This document shows positions 58,914 to 64,000 of a stretch of 64,000 nucleotides of DNA, in pieces. Source of the DNA: Psammoneis japonica (Eukaryota); NCBI GenBank assembly GCA_008632985.1, contig QPGO01000002.1:930001-994000 (forward strand). Reading direction: 5' to 3'. Every line of letters starts with the position of its first letter. Position 1 is the stretch's first letter. Position numbers and translations under genes: made by a program. The notes under the pieces were generated by a model, which was not told the DNA's origin, made no database searches, and saw nothing but the letters and a program-made list of their open reading frames with translations.

Positions 58914-60191
58914 ATGAACGGGCAGTCCCATGTACCACCTCCGGCATATGATTTACACCGTTCCAACGGTCCACCCAAAGGATCGTCTTCGGTACATTCG
59001 TCTCAAACCGGTGACTCCCTCTCGTTGGATTACTCGGAATTGGAACCCCTCGATGGGGATGCCTCGTATATAGCCGCATCGTCCGTAACGGCGGGGATTC
59101 ACACGTACATTGACGCGACACACACGGTTCACGAAATGCATTTGGCGCTCTTGTATTTACTGAGCAATCCCGAAGAATTTCAAAAAGCCCTCACAGCGCA
59201 TCCACCCCGTGGTGCCACGACACTGGCCGAGTGGAATGCCGAGTACGAAGACGATGCGGCAACCGAAGTGTCGGGCAATGTCACCATGTCGGCCACGACA
59301 CCACTGCCGTTTGTGGTGTTTGCCGATGATGCCGAAGTCGTTTTGCCTCAGGCTCATACGGCCAGTCAATTGTTTGGGATTGAACGAGTGGAGGGGATTG
59401 AATTGGAAGCTGCTGCCGGGGTACCGGCATTGTCACAACTCTTTTTGAGGTGGTTGGGTAAGAATGAGTTGTTTATAATTGAAAGTGGAGTGAGAACGAG
59501 GGACTCATAGTCAGATTCACACTTGTCGCTTTTTTCTTTCTCTTAAATATTCTTCTTCAAAGCACTGATGCCGGGTGGGGACCATTTGAACATTATTGAT
59601 CCGCCTGGTTTGACGGTGATGAGAATTGCCGGAGGTCGTTATCGCGTCACGGCGGCACACCGGGTGGTTTGGACATGGATGAATGAATTTGTCGCCATTT
59701 CGGATTCGGATCAACCGGAACAAAAGCTAGAGATTGGGGATCTGGTTACCATGACTGTAGTTGATGTGTTTGAAACCGACAATAATGGCAAGCTATTGAG
59801 TTATTGTCCAACCTTTGATAATCGCGCCGTAACCAAAACAACCGTGGCAGCGGAAAAGCTCCGAAAGGGATCGGCCCAAATCATGTCGTCGCTCTCTGTC
59901 ATTTCCAATTCGGGAGCGGCTGCCAAGGTGAACAAGGCGGCTGCGCAATTTACACGAATGAGCATCAACGCAGCGAAAAGCATGGCGTCGTCCGTAAGAG
60001 GCAAAATGGATCAGCATGCGATTGCTCCGGGAAATAAGAACAATGTCGATGTCACAGAGTTTGAACATGCCTTGAATCAAGCGGAGGCGGCTGCGACGTC
60101 GCAAATGAGTAGTGCTGGTCAAGTCGCTGGCGGTGGGTCGCTGTCTGAAAATGAGAACTCGCGAACAGACCAATCATCGACAGAGATATGA
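58914..60191 (+). CDS. Hypothetical protein, 2 exons (intron ~59458-59561)
   Basis: ORFs 58914-59510 and 59568-60191 joined across a GTAAGA...AAG intron (FLRWL/ALMPGGDH). Confidence 0.75.
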
Positions 60192-61656
60192 ATTCTGTGA
60201 CGTTATATGTACAGTAGAGTGCTCTCGTATGTTTTTTGAGCCACTCGATGAAATCAAAGATGTTTCGGTGTATTCGTAATCCAGAATTAAAGATTGTCCT
60301 GGTCTTAATGCTTTCGCATCTTTGCTTTTGGCCTCATTCTGGAGATTCTCTCTCGCGTAATGTAAGTTTCCATGTTGATTCAAATATAGAATAGAGTCAA
60401 TGAGTTGTCATGCATCCCAGGAGGAACTCAAATTAAAAAATGGTTTTCCTCGCGTCATTTCCTGTTTTCCAATCGCGTCTTTGTCGTTCCAACACCGTGT
60501 AAGCTCACCTATTTTAGTCCCCTTTTGTGGCTGCAAGTACCCATCTAGACTAAACTTCAAGTCCAAACTAACTAGAGCTGCCCATCTTCTCTCGCTGTTA
60601 CTTCCACAAATGCTCCCTACAATCCTTTAGCCTCGAGGCGACAGGCATGGCCTCAGTGTTGGGTGTTGCAAGATCTCGTAGTTTTATCGCCGGCTAAGCC
60701 AAGTGTCGTTCCACTCAGATGGCCTCAAGAACCGCATATCTCTACCGGTAGGCCCTACAGTAGGGCCTAATGCTATGCACCATTGATGCTACTACAAGTA
60801 CTCTCTACCCCCCGAGGCCCTTGTTGCTTCACACTAGTTCGTACGACAGTACGTACAGTAGGCTCTACTCTGCTAGCTAGAGTAGCTAGCTACAGTAGAT
60901 TAGCTAACTAAAGTATTCCTACTCTAGTAGCTAGAGTGCTACGTACTAGCTACTCTAGAGCTAGCTATCTAAAGGCCTCTACTACTAGTAGTAGCTCTAG
61001 AGTAGCTCTCTAGTAGTAGTAGCTAGGTAGTAGGAACTACTCCTACTGTATTGCATGCTTGGTACAGTAGACTAGGGCCCTAGAGTCTCTAGCTAGAGAG
61101 AGAGACTCCAGAGAGTAGAGAGCACTGTAGCAAGCCAGCCAACAACGATGAACTTCCACGTCATCACTGCGTCATTGACACTACGTCATCAGCTCGAAGG
61201 TTCGGCCGGCGGCTGAGCCGGCCCGGATGAAGAACATCGCAAATGAATAGAATGACCAGGATGGACTTATTTCTTATTTACTTCCATTGACATCTCTTTG
61301 AAGAGTTCTGTGTCTGGAATCGAAAACTCTTACGGAGACATCAATCGTACTGTGTTCCTTTCTTTTTATTTTGAGAATGTCATTTTGCGGACTTAAAAAA
61401 AAGGTTCATGTCTGATGTCTCTGCCATAATTACAAACCCCATGTACTTACATACTGTACTTTCAACAATGAAGCGCATACGCATTCCCTTCTCGACCACA
61501 AAGTGCCGGCGGCCTCAAACCCCAGACAGAACGACAATAGCCATATCTTTGTTTCAGCGGAACACGACTGCAGCCATCATTCTAGTACCGCGTTCTTCTT
61601 CCTGTCATTCCTATCCTCGCAGACTTGGCCGTTTGCGTTCTACTCACTCCCCTAGC

Positions 61657-63795
61657 ATGAACAACAACAGCCGGATCTACGAGAGTGCGACCAACAACTT
61701 GGCGAAAGAAGACGAGTTCCAAACGAAAGGCCTTTCAAGCTCGCAGAAGATTGTCACGGCATGCACCGACAGCATAGGGGATCTTCACGAACATAAAAGT
61801 TCTGATCCCACCATTCATATGCTCGAAGAAGAATTAGGAATGCCCGTGGATGCATCGACATTGCACGCCACCAAGGTACCGAAAGAGAAGGAAGGGCATT
61901 CTCAACCGAACCTCGACAAGCCAGCTGTAGAGAAGAGGCTCTCACGTTTTGGAATGTATTCTGTGATTTCGTTTTTCATGGTGTTTTGCCTCGTGTACAG
62001 CGTTATTACAGCTTTTGCTCCCATGCCCACGGGACTGTTATCATCTGAGTGCAGCTGTCGAGGCATCGATCAATGTATCTGCATCACAGAGGAAGTAGAA
62101 GCTTATACTGCTTTTGAGCTGTTCTGTTTGGCAAACGCACGAGCGTCGGCTTATTGCCTTTATCCGCTCTACATCATCATGTTTCTATCAATGTCTCGGA
62201 ACCTTCGAACGAAGCTTCAACGTACAATCGTTGCAGAGTTCATTCCACTAACAAGCCTACATGCTCTCCACGCATGGGCAGGGACGTTGATTGGCGTTGT
62301 TATATTCTGGCATGCTTTATGGCACTTCATCCGATGGGGAGTACAAGGCAAGCTATTGTCCATGACGTTCGCGACTCAAGTTGGTATCACGGGGTTCATC
62401 GCTCTCGTCATTACACCAGTTCTTGTCTGGCCGATGCGCCTGGCAAAGCTTCGGTCAAGGATCAATTTTGAAACCCGAAAGAGAATGCACTATTTGAGCT
62501 GGGTATGGGCAGCTCTGCTGTGCTTCCACTCTCCTGCATCGCGTATATTCTGGATCATTGGATCAGCCTTTTTGGTGTACCTGGTTGATTGGATATACGG
62601 CCTCTTTATGACGACTCACCTAGTTCCATCGGCACGTTTTGTGCTGCTTGAATCAGCGATTATGATTCGTGTTCAGAAGCCCGATGGATTTCATTTTGCG
62701 GGATCAGGCGGCTATTGCTACCTTTGCGTACCCTGGATATCAAAGTATGAATGGCACACATTCTCCGCTTACAAGGATCCCTTTGATAGCGAGTACGTTT
62801 GCTTTTGCATCTCAGTTGTTGGTGACTGGACCAAGAAACTCCAAGACGAGATTCGCGAACCCATTTATCGAAGGCTTTGGATCTGTGGTCCGTTTGCGTC
62901 TCCCTTTGAGAAAGCTTGCCTTCAAGACAATACCATTTCAATTGCCAGTGGGATTGGCATTACTCCCGCTGTCAGTGCAATCAACTCTCTTTCTACTACC
63001 CGCAAGATGCATTTGATATGGATTTGTAGAGAGGCAGGACTCGTAGAATTCATGGTTGATTATGGTGCGATGTTTGATGACGAAGCATACACATTTGTCT
63101 TTTACACCGGCAAACGTGAGCTCGTCTTTAGACGCAAGCTTCCGCCTAATTTGTTTCTGCTCAAGGGGCGACCGGATCTCAGCAATCTGATTGCTGTGTT
63201 AGTCCGTAATGGTGGAGACGATTGTGATGAACTGGATCTCTCGTCTTATGAAAAGGTCAACAACGACTTGATGCAGGGCGAGGACGTGGAAGGTGTGCCA
63301 TCTGCCGAGCAGAGGTTCTATACAGAGATGCTTCGGCTTCTCTTCTCATACACGGCCGAGGAGCTCTTTAATGATGCTGTTCGAAGGTCGCGTTTTACTA
63401 GCCGGTGTGTCTGTTATGACGGCCTCAAGGAGTTAGTGGATGATATTTTTGATCGAAAGTTATCCGACGAACAGCTGCGAATCGTTTTTGATCGGATAGA
63501 TCATGACAAGAACGGATCTATTGAATTTGAAGAGTTCAATGCATTCATTAAAGAGATGGAAGAGGACGCAGCGAAAGACTCCAAAAGACAGCGACTTGCA
63601 CTTGAAGACTTCCATGAGACTATGCAACGTCGAATCACCAGCAGATTTGAACCGGGAACGCGCTTCACCGAAGAGGTTGATACTCCCGGGTGGAGGCTAA
63701 TGTACTGCGGCGGAAGCGATGGGATTATCACACTCCTTCAAGCCATTTCCAAAAAGAACCATGTCCCCCTTTCGATCGAGAGTTTTCGATGGTAG
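61657..63795 (+). CDS. NADPH oxidase / ferric reductase-like flavocytochrome with an internal EF-hand
   Basis: Heme His pairs (LHAWAG...WHALWH and MHYLSW...CFH), FAD motif EWHTFS, GPF, IASGIGITP, terminal YCGG and ESFRW. EF-hand DHDKNGSIEFEEF. ORF is open from 61408; start uncertain. Confidence 0.9.
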   Translation: MNNNSRIYESATNNLAKEDEFQTKGLSSSQKIVTACTDSIGDLHEHKSSDPTIHMLEEELGMPVDASTLHATKVPKEKEGHSQPNLDKPAVEKRLSRFGMYSVISFFMVFCLVYSVITAFAPMPTGLLSSECSCRGIDQCICITEEVEAYTAFELFCLANARASAYCLYPLYIIMFLSMSRNLRTKLQRTIVAEFIPLTSLHALHAWAGTLIGVVIFWHALWHFIRWGVQGKLLSMTFATQVGITGFIALVITPVLVWPMRLAKLRSRINFETRKRMHYLSWVWAALLCFHSPASRIFWIIGSAFLVYLVDWIYGLFMTTHLVPSARFVLLESAIMIRVQKPDGFHFAGSGGYCYLCVPWISKYEWHTFSAYKDPFDSEYVCFCISVVGDWTKKLQDEIREPIYRRLWICGPFASPFEKACLQDNTISIASGIGITPAVSAINSLSTTRKMHLIWICREAGLVEFMVDYGAMFDDEAYTFVFYTGKRELVFRRKLPPNLFLLKGRPDLSNLIAVLVRNGGDDCDELDLSSYEKVNNDLMQGEDVEGVPSAEQRFYTEMLRLLFSYTAEELFNDAVRRSRFTSRCVCYDGLKELVDDIFDRKLSDEQLRIVFDRIDHDKNGSIEFEEFNAFIKEMEEDAAKDSKRQRLALEDFHETMQRRITSRFEPGTRFTEEVDTPGWRLMYCGGSDGIITLLQAISKKNHVPLSIESFRW

Positions 63796-64000
63796 TGTAT
63801 TGCGCGTGACAGTGTCTACGTGCGTATTCGATCACTCCAACATGTAACAATTAGAGACATTCATGTCACGAGAGCGTACTCACTTCGTGGCGTAGCTTGA
63901 AAGGAACCATTTGCTTTCTTCACAACCAACCCGTCATTTTGCAAATCTTCCACGAGACCAGGAAAATCTGATAGACCACAGTTGACTTGATTTGCAATTC

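Overview
Eukaryotic nuclear DNA, most likely a diatom. Support: compact genes with short GT-AG introns, PSxxPS-repeat and DG.CC..G.G modules typical of diatom secreted proteins, and a CoDi-like Ty1/copia element. Ordinary genes (USP deubiquitinase, GPR107/108-like, MAPR-type cytochrome b5, MND1, Tim17-like, Deltex, ABC-F, RING-CH/MYND, RidA, sulfotransferase, PH+RelA/SpoT-like, NOX/ferric reductase) alternate with multi-kb blocks almost devoid of the dinucleotide TpA. A complete copia element (31914-39014, GTGAG target duplication) shows why. Its two LTRs differ by 10 substitutions, 9 of them TA->TG or TA->CA and all in the 3' LTR, and its still-open polyprotein has conserved Tyr replaced by Cys/His throughout. 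This points to a region-targeted, both-strand, TpA-specific A->G hypermutation process: RIP-like in effect, but with different chemistry. It also reaches neighbouring host genes. Some intergenic patches show the opposite pattern, chains of TA-x-TA units (TA-CCGG-TA-GGCCC-TA-CAG-TA-GGGCC-TA) that resemble stacked DNA-transposon excision footprints. All calls and counts were made by eye with no database searches, and exon boundaries are approximate.
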